From: Bigelowiella natans CCMP2755
Taxonomy: Eukaryota; Protista; Cercozoa
Reading direction: 5' to 3'
Assembly: GCA_000320545.1 (NCBI GenBank)
Contig: ADNK01002350.1
Coordinates: 1 to 47,081 of the forward strand
DNA: 47,081 bases
Below are positions 10,485-24,579 of the stretch, one piece after another. The notes beneath the pieces are model-generated. The model searched no databases and was not told the origin of the DNA. It saw only the letters and a list, made by a program, of their open reading frames with translations. Positions within the stretch are counted from its first letter, which is position 1; each line of letters opens with the position of its first letter. Made by a program: the position numbers and the translations under genes.

Positions 10485-11709
10485 TCATTGTATTTTCTCG
10501 AGTAGAACAACAGCATGGCAGGCCAAAGCCCTTACTTCTCCAACTGAATCAACATTTTCGTGAGTTCGAGCCTTGATGTTAACTCTAGAAGGCTGGGTTT
10601 TGAGAAGTCCAACGATATTTTCTGCCATCTCGGGCTTGATATCTTTCAGTTTCGGTTTCTGATCGGAAATGAAATACATTAACAGGCTATCAAGTGTGGA
10701 TTTTTTAAAGTCTTAAACCTGCACAATGAGGGTAATATCGACATTCCCGATTCTGTACCCTCGCTCAGTCATCAACTTATGAGCCTACGTGTATATGGTA
10801 TCAAAAATGGGCGCAACTATGCCATAACATCTTTGGATTCACCTCTGACATGAAAACGTGAGAATCTGCCCCTTTCCAACGCGGATCGGTGTCTGCAATG
10901 ATGAACACCATGCTTGAAAAGTGCTGGTTGATTCGTAATTATGATAAAACCTGGAAATAGCTGTCCAATATCTGGCATTCCAATAGCCCCCAAAATTGCG
11001 TCGGTGAGACTTTTACAAAATAGACCAGTTTAATTCGGTTCGAATGAGCTTCACCGAAGATCATTACCTGTGATAGAGAACATCTCCATCCGAATGCGCC
11101 ACGGTGCCCTTTTCAAATGGAATCTTTACCCCTCCTATTTCATACAACGATACCGAATTCTAAATGTCATGATTTTAAATTTAGTATAGAATGTCGTAAA
11201 TATCGATGACAACGCAACAGCACCGATGGTGAGTGGAAGGCCTGCCTCAAGTCTATGTATGTCCCATCCATGTCCAATTCGAACTAGTGGGTCCGAATCT
11301 ATGGGGGCTGTATGATTTCGAAGAAAATTATTATTTTGAGAGGTTTTAGTCACGAGAAATTTTAACAACCAGACATAGCTCTCGCCTTGAAACACCGGTT
11401 GACTCCGTGTGAGCGAGTGGCCCCTTTGGCAAATTTCGCTGGAGATAAGGTACGGCCTAAGATCTGAAGTCTAGCACCCCTAGCACCCCTAAAAGATTGC
11501 ACAGTGCATGTTTATCGTGTTATTACGAATCTTATTGTATGAGAAGTTTCATCCTTCAATAGTTTGGATTCGTTCACTTTGGGGATGAAAATGCATCATA
11601 CACAGCATGATGTACAGTGAAGGCTTCAGATAGACCTTCTCGTTCCGTAGGATGATGATACCAAAGTAAGATGAATTGAAATTATAAAAATGGCGAGGAT
11701 TCGGCGCAT
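10485..11709 (-). CDS. ispF: 2-C-methyl-D-erythritol 2,4-cyclodiphosphate synthase (MEP pathway), plastid-targeted, multi-exon
   Basis: Motifs RIGHGWDIHRL, AHSDGDVLYH, DAILGAIGMPDIGQLFP, TDPRWKGADS, IGNVDITLIVQ, PKL, RVNIKARTHENVDSVGE...ACHAVVLL; spliced N-terminus MRRILAIFIISIHLTLVSSSYG (signal) + TRRGARGARLQILGRTLSPAKFAKGATRSHGVNRCFKARAMS (transit-like). Confidence 0.93.
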
Positions 11710-12038
11710 CTTTAGCGTGTCGATGAAAGCGAGTGAGGGAGGGGGGGTCGCGTGGGGTATCCAACTGAACTCCACGAGAATATTTACTGATTTCACTCCT
11801 ACGACAAAACTTCTTATTGTCGCTTATGAAAAAGGGCAAAATTCCTCCTCAGCGCATCTGGATCCGAAAATGACGACTCGACTGCGACAAGGCCCAAGCG
11901 CAGCAGGCGCTCAGAAAATTCCCGCGATTCTTCTTCTCCAGGATGATAATTCGAGAACGTTTTGGACATGAGAGAAAATAGCTTTTCGCTATTGGATTAC
12001 CAACTGCGACATCGATTGCACCAAGTCTTAGGGAGAAA

Positions 12039-12548
12039 TTGGATCAGTGCCTCGGCACCGAAGAAACCCAGAAGGAGCCTGCGAAATCAGTTTCGACGAA
12101 GCTCCCAAAGCCAGCAGAGCTCACAACTCAAACAGTCAAGATAACAAGCCAAACCCAAACAACGAGCAATACCCAAACAAACAACGTAAACATGCAAGCC
12201 CAAACCGACCTTAAGAAGAGTCTCCCGCTTCGTCTTCGTCTTCGTCTTCGTCCTGCCGCAAGAAGAGCCGGAGTTCGCTCAAAAAGTCGCTCGCGACGTA
12301 CGGGAGGGAAACCTGTCATGGAGGAATCAAACCAAGCTGCCGCTGCACTTGTCGCTTCTGTTCTTCAATATCTCGTAGATGAGCCAGAAAGGATAGCCTC
12401 CCATCGCCCAAAGACTAAAGTTTCAAAGAGAACTATCGATCGTCGTCGCATGCGAAGGGAACAGGCACCTCAGCAACGCCGCTCAACTGTGAGGCGGTCC
12501 AAGCCTATTCATCAACCTAGCTCGAAAGTCTCACGCAGACAGATATAG
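12039..12548 (+). CDS. Hypothetical basic, low-complexity protein divergent from ispF
   Basis: 169-codon frame, Arg/Lys-rich, (CTTCGT)n encoding LRLRLRLR; 5' end unresolved. Confidence 0.35.
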   Translation: MDQCLGTEETQKEPAKSVSTKLPKPAELTTQTVKITSQTQTTSNTQTNNVNMQAQTDLKKSLPLRLRLRLRPAARRAGVRSKSRSRRTGGKPVMEESNQAAAALVASVLQYLVDEPERIASHRPKTKVSKRTIDRRRMRREQAPQQRRSTVRRSKPIHQPSSKVSRRQI

Positions 12549-12659
12549 CCTTCATGAGTGATGAACGATCTTGAGATGAATGATGTCGAGAGGCAACAAG
12601 CCGATGATGTAGATGGCCGATGATGTAAATGGTTGTACACTATGAATAAAACTAGCTAA

Positions 12660-13958
12660 ACTTTTGTCCAAAACGTTGTCACACGCATGCTTTGTTTGAG
12701 CATGGTGTAAACACGTAAAAATGTGCATGTGTGGTGTGCACATTGTCTCCTCAAAGCTGTTCCTTGCTAGCACGCACTGCCGTTGCCACTGCTACCACCA
12801 GCATGGCGATGGCAAATTGACGCAGTTGCTTAGACCACTGTGTCACAATTGCGTGGCATGCAAGCATGTTTGCATGACACATGGACCTGTCATGCGCAAG
12901 TCTGTGTGCGTGTTTGCACGCGTGCAATGTGCATGTGTGCCAAGGCCTTCACATGCAAATGATTGTCATGTGCCAAAACAATGTGCACGCACAACCTCTA
13001 GACATGGCTAGATGGACACGTTGCAACGACACGCAATGATGACAAAGATGCACCGCTTTCTTCGCTCTCTTGACACATGGCAATTTTGGTGACATCATCA
13101 TCCAGAGAAAGTGGCATTGTCAGTAGCAGTAAGTAGCAGCTCAGTTGATTGCTAATCACATTGTGCAGCTACGGTGAATCGTCCGTAAATGCATGAGTGG
13201 CGTGTCATTAGAAGACACGTTGTGAGTAGAGTAGCATGTGCACGACACTCATTTAGGCCTTTCACACTACAGGGAGAGGTGCCAGTGGCATGGCATGGCC
13301 GTTCTAGCATCATGTGATCATGTGATGTGCATGATGGTCAAGATGGCGCACACACATCGCTAGATCGGCCTGTGACAGCGTGTGGCAGTGCATTGTCGTC
13401 TGCAAGCCTCACTCATTGCAGAGTGGCTGTGGAAAGTGAATGCATGGTGGCACTCAAGCGTGCAAAATGGCAATGGCACTGTGATCGAGGGCTCGCGCGC
13501 GCACAAATTATAAATGGCCTGAGATGATGGGAAACTTTTTGCAATCCCTGCAATGCAGCTACTCCAGTCTAGCGATGTGGCACACACAGCAATGTGCCAT
13601 CAACATTGTGTGACAATTGACTCACTTCGTTTTTCTGACGTTCAACACACACAGACACCTCAGTGCGCTTTTGCACCATTTGGGCATGCCGCGAACTGCT
13701 GCGGTGACTTCCAAACAATGACTATTGAACACGACCGGGAAGACTTCGTGCCTCTTCCTCGTCGCTCACCCGACCCATGTCATTCCGCATCGACGAGGAT
13801 GCGTCTTTTGCGTCCTTCAACAAACCATGGCGAGACGGCGTTGTGGCGGTTGTCCGAAGAAACCTGCTTTGGTTTGCATCGGCTGCTTTGCTTTTTTGCT
13901 TCTTTGATTCCTGTTTTGACATCTTTGCATGTTTTTCCCCCTTGGCGTTGTTTTTCAA
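12660..13958. other. TpA-depleted island 4, overlapping the last exon of the K+ channel
   Basis: Long TA-free stretches; in 13572-13958 the only TA is the channel stop codon (13723-13724). Confidence 0.85.
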
Positions 13959-14071
13959 TAGTGGACTCTCTTCAGGTATAGTCTCGGGCAAGCTTATCTG
14001 GAAGTACGCAAACACAAGATTGAAGGAAATATTAGGACATTTTGAGATTGCTGCATGATATATCATTGCAA

Positions 14072-14151
<80 letters not shown>

Positions 14152-14182
14152 TCATATATGTTTGTGTGTGTGTGGGGGAGGG

Positions 14183-14225
<43 letters not shown>

Positions 14226-14743
14226 ATAAATTAGTTGGTGGTTATTAGATACGGTAATCGCGAGCTTTCTCTTTGCCTCGCTATCGGTTTCCTTCTTCCC
14301 CAAGGATCTTTCACCGTCTTTCCTCCCCCTTCTGCGCTCACTCCCGCTAGGATTGCTATCGCTCTCGGTGGTCTTCTTCTCTGTTTCTCGGTATCTCCTC
14401 TGGTATTGCGTCTTGGGTTCCACTGCTATTTCTCGTGGTAAATGCGGGCTAATAACTACGACCAGATCCTCAAAATCAAGCACCACATCCGCCATTGGAC
14501 TCGTGATCACGAATCGCTGGCACACTTGTTCTTTGCTGTTATGTCGGCCGCGCGAGCAAAACAACGCGACAGGTATGATTTGGAATGGCTCGAAGTAGGC
14601 CCGCACACTGCCCCATGTCTTCCCGGAGAATGCGTACCGCTCCTGCATAGCGCTGAGGGGGATCTCATACACCTGGTATGTTCGTGGATGGTAGTGATGA
14701 TTACGATGACTGTCCACGTGAGAATTATACATATTCTCGATAA

Positions 14744-14809
<66 letters not shown>

Positions 14810-15432
14810 CAAGCAGTAGGGCTACATTGCTGCTTCACCAAACCATTACAATAATCAGAGGAAAAACACCTATTATTGAAAAAACCCGATACTGAAAGAA
14901 CTCTTTCCACCTGCGCCTTCTTGTCCGCTCCAGAAGTGAGCATCAGCGCATTGAAGACGTTGATGAGGTGTACGTCGTCCTGGCTCTTCATCAGCAGCAT
15001 CTGTGCGAATTGCTTCGTGATGACCCTCCCTTCAGCAAACAGAGGGTGTGTGTAGTGGCGAGGGTCATTCCAATACCGAATGTACCCCATGGTCCGCAGT
15101 TTCTCCAGCTCCGTTACCACCGGGACGTGCCGATATCCCTGGTTTCTCATTTTGTCCAAATAGGCCTGCAGCCTCACCGTCAGGAACATCGCCGACGCAT
15201 CTGATAACGGTGACGATGACGGGGATGAGTGAGGGGGTGACTGATGCGCGGGTGGGCTTGTGAGGGCACCAATCACGAAACCAAGTGCGTTGTATGTAGT
15301 AGCATGGGCGTCGTACCTGAGGGTAGGAAGTAGTCCCCCTCCAAATGATCGTTTATTGGGTGCTCGCATACTATGATGTTGCCTGCCCGAAGATGGTGGG
15401 AAGAGGTGGTGATGATGACGAGGACAAGGACG

Positions 15433-15466
<34 letters not shown>

Positions 15467-15997
15467 CGGCATTCCTGTCATCAGACATTCACAAAACCCA
15501 CTACAATAAAAGAACCAAAACTTCTTGTGCTGAACATATTTCCTTCCCTCTCCCCCCCCTCCTCCTTAGCTAACAAAGCCGCGTACTTGCTGTGTGGACG
15601 CGAATGGTGCGGAGAAGTTGCACTCCTCGCAAGTTATCTCTTACCCAGTAGCAACCTTTTGCATACCTAGTTTGTCATTGGATGAGGGGTGCGGAAGAGC
15701 AGTCAGGAATAGTAGCTTGCTGCCGCTTGCACTGCTTTCTTTGAATTCAGCACCATGATTTTTTATTTATTTTTTATATATGCGCGTACGGGAGAGCTTC
15801 GATGAGATCCATGTAGACTTTAGAAAGAGGCTCGCTGTGCACAACTAGCACTTTCTTCCACAGCCCGCCTCGACGAAGAAGCTTTTGCCTTCGGTAAATC
15901 GGTGCCAGAAGGTACCTAGCACAGTTTGAATTAAAGGAGAGGCTGAGACAGACGAAGATCAGCATTTATGTGTGGTGGTGGTGGTGGTGGTGGTGGT

Positions 15998-16031
<34 letters not shown>

Positions 16032-16853
16032 GACTGGATTAGGATGAAACGTAAGAGCCAGCAGAAAGAAAGAAAATGAACCATTTCACCCTCAGATTAG
16101 CACTGATGATCAAACATGCAATGATAACAGCAATGAACAGCAGCAACCCTTCCAACTAAACCGTCAATACTTTAGTTTCTGCGGGCTAGGGTCAAAGATG
16201 ACGATGTGGCCTTTGGTCCCTCCGAGCTCGTGCACAATCCTAACCTTCTTGGCGTCTGGAATGTGGATCATGTAGAGGTGCTTTCCTTTGTGGTCGTACC
16301 CGTCGCTCGTCTCCTCCAACAGCAGCCTACTTACCATACCTGCAATACCACAACAAATCCTCACCGAACGTCGCCGCAAACGTGCACACGGCGCGAGCGA
16401 GCGCAGATCGTTTCAAGGTTCTGTTGTTGCTTTCTGTCGTACGTGCAGAGCGCTGAGTACGGGGAGGCGAGGCTTCGAGAATCGGCTTTGGGAAATTGAT
16501 GTCGCGAACTACAATGTCTTCTTTGTTCTTCGTCCCACCACGCGCATCTAGCTCTGTGATGGGAGTGATTACAATTTCCGCCTCCTGCGCCCCCTTGCGA
16601 ACGTTCACTCTGAATTCAGTTTTCCTCTCAGTCGCACGGTCTGGTGGGCCCCCGTCGCCACTGCTTCCTCGAAAACTAATGTGAGATCCCAGGAATGCAG
16701 GGAAGAAGAAAAGAATGCATGGCTCTTGGTGAGAATAGTCCATGCGATTCTCCCGTCAGTGATCGAGAGAAAAGACCGGATATTTGTGCGACCCCTTCCC
16801 TTCTTTCCCTCCTTTATTTCATCCAAATGCACGCACGCACTCACGCACGCACA

Positions 16854-16895
<42 letters not shown>

Positions 16896-18033
16896 CATAC
16901 AAACAAATTGACACACAAATGTAGACATGAAATCTGATGAGTGTGTCACACACAGCGTCACATGTACACTCACATTTGATTCAACTTGTCATTCAGCCAT
17001 GTTCCTGAGGTCCTCCTAAAGATCTTGGGCGCTCTCTTTCCAAAGACTGTTTCGCCCCGATAGCTTTCCTCCTGGGCCTCAAAAGGAGGAGTTCCCAGGG
17101 ACTCAATGAATACATTAGCCGCCACGCGCTTGCGAGCTATCAGCTCCACGTCGTCATCTCCACCTCCTGCGTGGTAGGAATACGAGTTGCGCTCATCGAG
17201 AAGGCACGCACCATTTTACAGCAAAAAATGCACGTTGGAAGAACGAAAAACATGCACGAGATATGCTGTGGAACCCCCCACCGATAACTCTGCCCACCTT
17301 CTGTTGAAGTGGCGCCGTAGATCTCGAAAATGACTTGCGCGTCATCATCCAAAGAGCCGATTTCCAAGGCGAAGGCCGGGAACGTTATGACACGTGCCCC
17401 ATTGTTGTTGTTGTTGCTTTTCTTATCATCATTGTTGTTGTTGTCATTGTTCTCCTTCGTGTCGATGAGAGGCGTCTCGTGCAATTCGGTGGAATCGTCA
17501 TCCCAGTCGTCCATCTCCCCCAGCACCTTAGAGAGGTTTTGCAAGGGAGGGACTATTGCTTTAGTCTCATCAGATGCAATAGCAGCACCACTAGGAGCTT
17601 CCTTAGGTTGAAGGTTTAATGTTTGGCTCTCTCCCCCCCCCCCCTCCTTTACTAGAGTAGTAGCTGAGTCTTCCGAGACAGCCTTCATCTCAACGCTCTC
17701 AAAAGCTTTCATGTCGCCGAGGCCTACGCAGGCATGATGTATTTACACATGTGTATAATTTTGTGATGCGAGGCTCATGTTTGCACGTGTTTTAGGGAGG
17801 GTTAGCTTCTGACTTCCCACTGGAGAGAGAGATGATTTAACATGCCTCATCAGCACTTTGACTCTCGAGTATCGATCGGCCAAGAGGCTCGTATCTCGCA
17901 AGCTAATCTGCAATGGCTGTGCGCGTTTCACCACGTGTGTGGAATCCGGCATGAAATCCTGCAGCTCTCCCCGCTGGTCTATTTTCAAAAGAAGTCTCTC
18001 GTTTGTTTTTGTAAGTATCATTGCGAGTTCATT

Positions 18034-18069
<36 letters not shown>

Positions 18070-19819
18070 TGTGTGTGCGTGCGTGAGATGTAAATGGCGA
18101 TGTTTCTAAATTGAAATAGTCGTCACGGCACGTCAACACACACGGCGAGAGGGGTAGGAGGGCGGGGGAGGTTCTATGCCCAGGATGCATCCTATCTCTC
18201 ACGCGATTATTGCATTTTTTTGTTACATAGCACGATAACTGCAAGCCAACTCACCAATCATACATGCTACTACCACTACCACTACTACTCTTCTACAAAC
18301 GCAACTACCGCAAATAGCAATGAGAGACGCATCAAACGGGATCCTGCGCTCCTTGCCGCTGGGGGCGAGAGAGACCCAACCATTCTTACGAACATACCCA
18401 ATGCCTAACACACCCTTCTGCAACCACAACGTGCGATATAGCTCCCAGAAGTCCCTGCCGTAGTACTTGGCCCTCAATGGAACTACATATATCTCGTTCC
18501 GAGCGCCCTCTAGGTATTGCCTGGTGATGATAACGACGATCGACAACGACGATGTAAAATCAGAAGGACGAGCAGTGCAGAAGAAGGCGGTGGCAGCAAC
18601 ACGCATGATGATCGCACGCGCGTGCATAAAAGCTCTCCACCTTAGCCAAAGTGGGTCGTTGTCCTTGTAGTCGGATACGTCATCTTCGCTGACGAATGTC
18701 ACTATGCTGTTCAGGAAGGTGATGAACCTGCGTTGTAAACAACATATCGTACGATGATTCCTCTTGTAGATAGATATAAATCGGAGTGTGGTAGTAGTCG
18801 GTGTTCTCCTGCCATCACTCCCCCTCCCCTTCCCCCCCCCCCTCCCTTACTCTTCCGCATTCCTTACCCTTTGGCAAAGCAGCTCGACGCCAGCAACCCC
18901 ATTGTGAGCTTATCGAAGCACACGATGTCAACGTCGGCCTGTGGATCTGCTAGGAGAGGGTGCCGATGCACTTCCCAGTTTTTTTGCGATTGTAGCGTGA
19001 CCTTCACGGGGACGTTCTTCGTACACAGACCCAGGGCCTGGGAGACCTTCAAATGGCGCCGAATCGCTACCGCAGTGAACAGCTGTCGCAAGTCGTCCAC
19101 AGCGAAATCTGTGCCTTCGGTCTTCTGTGATTGAATCGTTTGGTCCGAGATGACGTAGACGGCGTTGGCTTTGTGCACCATAACCCGGTCTAAATCGTCG
19201 CTGTGGAGAGGGTTGCCGACGTACATGTCGAGTCTGCGGTGATAGTCCACGTCTCTGATTCTTCTGCCGTCCTTGATGAGGTCGCTGCGGAGCTCGTTGT
19301 ACTGCACCTCGGTCGGGATTAGAACCACGATATGATCGGTTTGGACGTTGTCGTTCCCTACCCTGTCAGGGTGAAGGAGCTCGTTCATCATACGGTCCAC
19401 AACCTCCTTAGTTGGAAGCCCTGCAGGTGAGGGAGTGCATTATTTAGACAACACAAATCATGCGTTTTAAAGCGCCGGCGCGCGGGCCCGCACCATCGCT
19501 GAAGATCTCGCTTCAGCGAGATAGGGAAGTCAGAGGTACATTCTTAAATTAACATGGCAATCTTAGAGCTCACCAATATTGATATTGGTGTACAGACGAT
19601 TGGCAGACACAAAAATAGCATCTTACGCGCTGTAAAAAGGGTTACGTGGGGACATGCAAAGAGGTAACGTATCACCTGTTATAACAACGAAATTCGAGTA
19701 TCTTGGATTCGTAAACTTTCCTAATCCAGCGTCATTCGCTCTAATAATCTCCACTAGCTCACTCGTCTGCATACTGGGAGGTGGAGGATGTCGTCGCAGT
19801 GATTAATTGACATTGTGGC

Positions 19820-19860
<41 letters not shown>

Positions 19861-19914
19861 TCACGTAATGATAATAATAATAATAATAATAATATGTATT
19901 AATTCATTAACTTA

Positions 19915-19994
<80 letters not shown>

Positions 19995-20476
19995 CACTTT
20001 TCCCCATTACTAATATTAGGACCTGAACCAAACAATTCCCAGAATAATGTACACGGTGACGAAAACACGTCCTGTCAGCGTGACGGCGTACATATCCCCA
20101 TAGCCGACAGTAGACAGCGTTACGATCATATACCAACACGAATTCAGCATAGTCCATTCCGTGGGATCATAATCTAGCCTGAGTGGGGTTAAAGATGAAT
20201 TGTGTGCGTTTTAAGGAACTCGCCTTCGATTTTCTCAGCTCCATTTCTGGCGGTATCTCTATGCTCAGCAGTTGTTTTACCCAGGAATCTCGCCCAAACC
20301 CTCGAAGATGTAAATAGTCCCCGCAGATGTGTAGACGAAGACGCACACCTATGTAATCGAGATAAGATGATGACACATGGGAATCCGTGTGCATATAGCG
20401 ATTAACCAAAAATTTCACTCTCCGATAGGCGGTTTTTGCAGGCATCTCTTTGCGGGATCCAGTGCAGGAAATACAC

Positions 20477-20526
<50 letters not shown>

Positions 20527-21060
20527 TCACACATATACACTTATACACATATTTATATTTATATATATATATATATATATATATTCCCCCACAGAAATGA
20601 TGATTGTGAACATTACTTGCCATAAGATTACGTCCAAATAGAATGCTTAAAACACATACCACAATGCAAACGGGTGTCTTTTCAAGAAAGGAAACATCGT
20701 TTGTATTACCATGCAGCTCAAGATGAGCATTTGTAAGTGGAAAGAGCTGAAGAACATGTCCTTCCAACGTATCTTCAAGAAGTGGACGGTTGCATTGTAC
20801 GCTCGTAAAAACCCAAATCCGAGGTAAAAATTGTTAATGACTTGATACAAAGAGGAAACTATGCACAGAATGTTAACTATCGACTCAAATTTAATGAGGA
20901 TTATCAGTCTCGTATGTGTTGCTGAGAACTCCATGATTTGGTAGACTACGTAAAGCACAGTTCCAAGAACCTAGCAGATGGCGACGTGTTGTTGATATAT
21001 GATAGAATCAAGACACAGACGCGTATACGAGCTCATATGCACAGGATTTAAGTTAGTAAT

Positions 21061-21108
<48 letters not shown>

Positions 21109-21533
21109 GAACTATTACAGGATTTCAATACCTCGAATACTTTCATCCAGATAGGAAACACAAGATAGGAGACCCGATAATTAAACGCGCAGCAGAAAAG
21201 GATATTTATGAACACCAGAACGACGTGCACATTGTCGCCTCTCATAGCTGTTCTTGCTGCAAAATAGAAACAGAGAGTAGGATGGTGACATGGGTTGTCA
21301 GAACGACCGAGCGCATCATAGGGACTGTTATTTGGCATGGCAAGATTATAATTCTCACATATTTTCTGCAATTCCGAGGTTTTGAGTTTCCCCTCTTGGT
21401 CCTTCAACCAGCAGCCGTTTAACCCCATGAGGATAAACAGCAGGAAGAGTCCTCCATAAGTGCAGAGGAAGCAGACAGCCTGCCATCCCAAGTGTTCCCA
21501 CTTTTCCAAGGGGTCTAAGTCCACCCCGCTCAT
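13722..21533 (-). CDS. Slo/BK-family potassium channel (TM core + two RCK domains), many exons
   Basis: Pore exon ~20040-20160 EWTMLNSCWYMIVTLSTVGYGDMYAVTLTGRVF; S4-like YLGFGFLRAY; RCK1 NELLHPDR, YVGNPLHSDDLDRVMVHKANAVYVI, CFDKLTMGLLASSCFAKG, YLEGARNEIY; RCK2 VVTELE, PLFAEGRV, RFVITSPMADVVLDFEDLVVVI. Confidence 0.9.
14076..14224. repeat. Compound intronic microsatellite (TA)n(CA)n...(GA)n, representative of many in introns of the BK, DCTN2, ZGRF1, ankyrin and K2P genes
   Basis: Visible here; similar tracts at ~14745-14805, 15970-16030, 19825-19990, 20470-20585, 21065-21105, 24505-24577, 25225-25317, 36010-36050, 42678-42735. Confidence 0.95.
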
Positions 21534-21994
21534 CGTCGTCGTATCCCCTGCTTCCTATTTGCCCCCTTCTATTGTCTCATTGTCCTCCTCTCATCAGCCA
21601 ACCCTGCAACCCCCCCCGTTGTGCATAATTACACACGTCGACTTGTAACGGCGGTGACGTCCCTTCTGCATCTCAGTTTCATTTTTAGTTACTTACGTTT
21701 TCCGCAACATGTCCATGTCGCAAGAAGAAAATATCCTGCGCTTCGCATATGTTCCTTTGACTATGTGATCAGTTTACCAAATGGCCTGCGTTTCATCGAA
21801 TCCCCAAGGGATACGCGGATGCTCTGGGCAGACGAACGAGGGCTTAGGAAAGCTCCAGATTGGCTTACCTCGTTGGATTTTGGAAAACGGCAAGGAAAAG
21901 ATTAAGACGAAATGGGAAAATCGCCTTTATTTTGGGACTTTGTACACCCGCTTGTAGCAGACATTCGACGGAAAAAGTCTTAGACTCGAAAACG

Positions 21995-22544
21995 ATGGTA
22001 TCTGTCCCCCTCAAGCACCTTTTTGTTTTCACCCGCCCTGACCCTTTTCCTACTCTAATGCTAATGCGTTTCAGAGTGGGGTGAAGGGGAATATCCCGAT
22101 CTATGAGACGGAGGATGTCGAGGAGGAAACCCCGGACTATGCGAAAATGGTCAAGCAGAAAAAAGAGAGTGACAGATCCGTGTTTATGTTCTCCTATGTG
22201 AAGAATCGCTTGCTTTCGAGGATAACTCATAAAAACAATCCTGCCCCCACTTTCACAAACTATCATGTTTATTTACCCACATATTCGTACTGTTGTTGAT
22301 GTGTCAACAGACGAGGGGGGATCATAAGCAAAGCGATGACATTGTGGACATGACCACCAAGCCGCAGCTTGCATTCGAGAGGTTCGCCGGGGCGATCTAC
22401 GACACCAGCTCTGCGGGTAGTCCCCTCATGGACATGGAACTGAGGCAGTTCACAGTTTCGAACCTTATTCGCTCGTAAAAATACACGTTAGCTTGATGCG
22501 GTGTACGCTGCTCACAAACATACACACATACGCACGCGCGCGCG

Positions 22545-22575
<31 letters not shown>

Positions 22576-23038
22576 GTGTCTAACGTCACGAATCACGGAG
22601 GTGGGGTGAGAAAGAACTGAGATAATGTGTTATGTCATAGACCTTCACAACTCGGTTAAGATACGTCAGCTGTCTGCGGATAAGGAGTTCTTCGGTACCG
22701 CCTCGTTGAAGAAGGGAGGTCATTATTAGCATTGAAGCACTCCCGCAACCCCCCACCCCCTCCACCAATTCAGCTCGTAGTAGAATATGTGTTCGTTATC
22801 AGTCGGATTCATACCAAAAGCATTCTCTACTTTTCATACCTTCGATAAAATGAATAGTGGGCTCATTTCGTGCTGGAAGGTCACATCAGACCCCTTTCTA
22901 CTCATCCATCCTGAGGAGTATCTTTGTGTGGTTTGTGTGCATGCGTGCGTGTGTGCAGCTGCGAAATTCCAGTCCCCCCTCCAGCGATATACCCAATTAA
23001 AAAATGAGGTAAGTATTGGATGAAATGCGCGCGCGCGC

Positions 23039-23079
<41 letters not shown>

Positions 23080-23620
23080 ATGGGCAGTGCACTTGTGATG
23101 GGGGGTTGCGAATACATCAAATACGTGCGTCTTGCAGGTAAATGAGTTTATGGAAGATCTGAAAGACCTAGCAAAGGAGGTAATAGTAGTAGTAGTAGTA
23201 GGAAGAGGAGGAGGAGGAAGAGGAGAAGAGGACGACGAATCGATCACAGCACAGATCGATGAGACCGGGAAGAGAGGAGCTTGGCCCTTTTACTTTATCC
23301 CTGGGCGAGATACCATCAGACGATGCGCTATTGACCTCACGATTTGATTGCCTGCTGCCTCATGCTGTGCGGTATCTAATCGTTCCCCTGTGAAATGTTT
23401 CAGCTTAAATCATCGAAGGATCCCTCTAATGCAATGCCGCACGAGGCCACAGAGCTGTTGTCGCAGCAAATTGCGACGATGAAGCAGCAGCTTAGCAGTA
23501 TTGAGAACGATGACGAGCAGAAGCTACTGTTACAGGCGACGTTCCCCGTCAATACAGATCTCCTGAAACAGCAAGCGGTCACAGATCAACTCTCGGCGCA
23601 GGTAGGCCGTCGTTGTTGTT

Positions 23621-23663
<43 letters not shown>

Positions 23664-24146
23664 GCCTGCTGCTTGTTACTGATGACGATATATCGACATT
23701 GCAGCTAGCAAGTTTGTCCAAGAAGAAGGAGGAGGAGGGCAAGACAACGACTACGGGGCCAACCGGTGGGGGGGGGGCTATGGATGGTCGCATACAGTAT
23801 GAGCTCTACTGTCAGCCGGATAAGGGAACAACCCACCTCGCCGGTATTAAGGAGCTCGATAAACGCATTGGAAGTCTGGAGAAGGTGAAGACGACGATGA
23901 TGATGATGATGATGGTGATGAGTGCTTTGTGGTACTTATGATGAACCCCGGCCTTCGTTATGATACGCCTTAAAACCAGATCGTTGGGCAAAAGAAGCGC
24001 GTTGTCGGGGTGAAGTTCCCCGACATTTACTCCGCCGTGCAATACCTGAAAACAAGGTGGGATCGGTGCCGTCTCTGTCCGTGCGAATTGAGGGGGTGAC
24101 GCGCCTCATTAGATTGCTAGTTGTCAGTGGGTGGATGATTTGTATA

Positions 24147-24183
<37 letters not shown>

Positions 24184-24507
24184 GTCGTTGTTGTTGTGTT
24201 GTTCGGGTAGGATGGAACTTCTCGACAAGCATAAGCTGGATTCGATCTCACGCCGCGTTGAGGTAGTGCATGCAGATGATAATGTCTTCGGCAGCTGCGA
24301 TTATCTTCGGTGATGGTGATGGCTTCATCTTACCTTATTGCTATGAATACATCCGAGTATAAACGATGTGCTCTGTATCTATATCTCTTTTGCCGCAGCG
24401 CCTATTAATCGACTTGAAAAGACTCTCGCAAAGGGTCTCCGATGCCTCAGGCGGTTTGACAGCCTCTTCTTCAGAGATCAAATCTCCGCGAACGCCTCGG
24501 TACCCAG

Positions 24508-24579
<72 letters not shown>

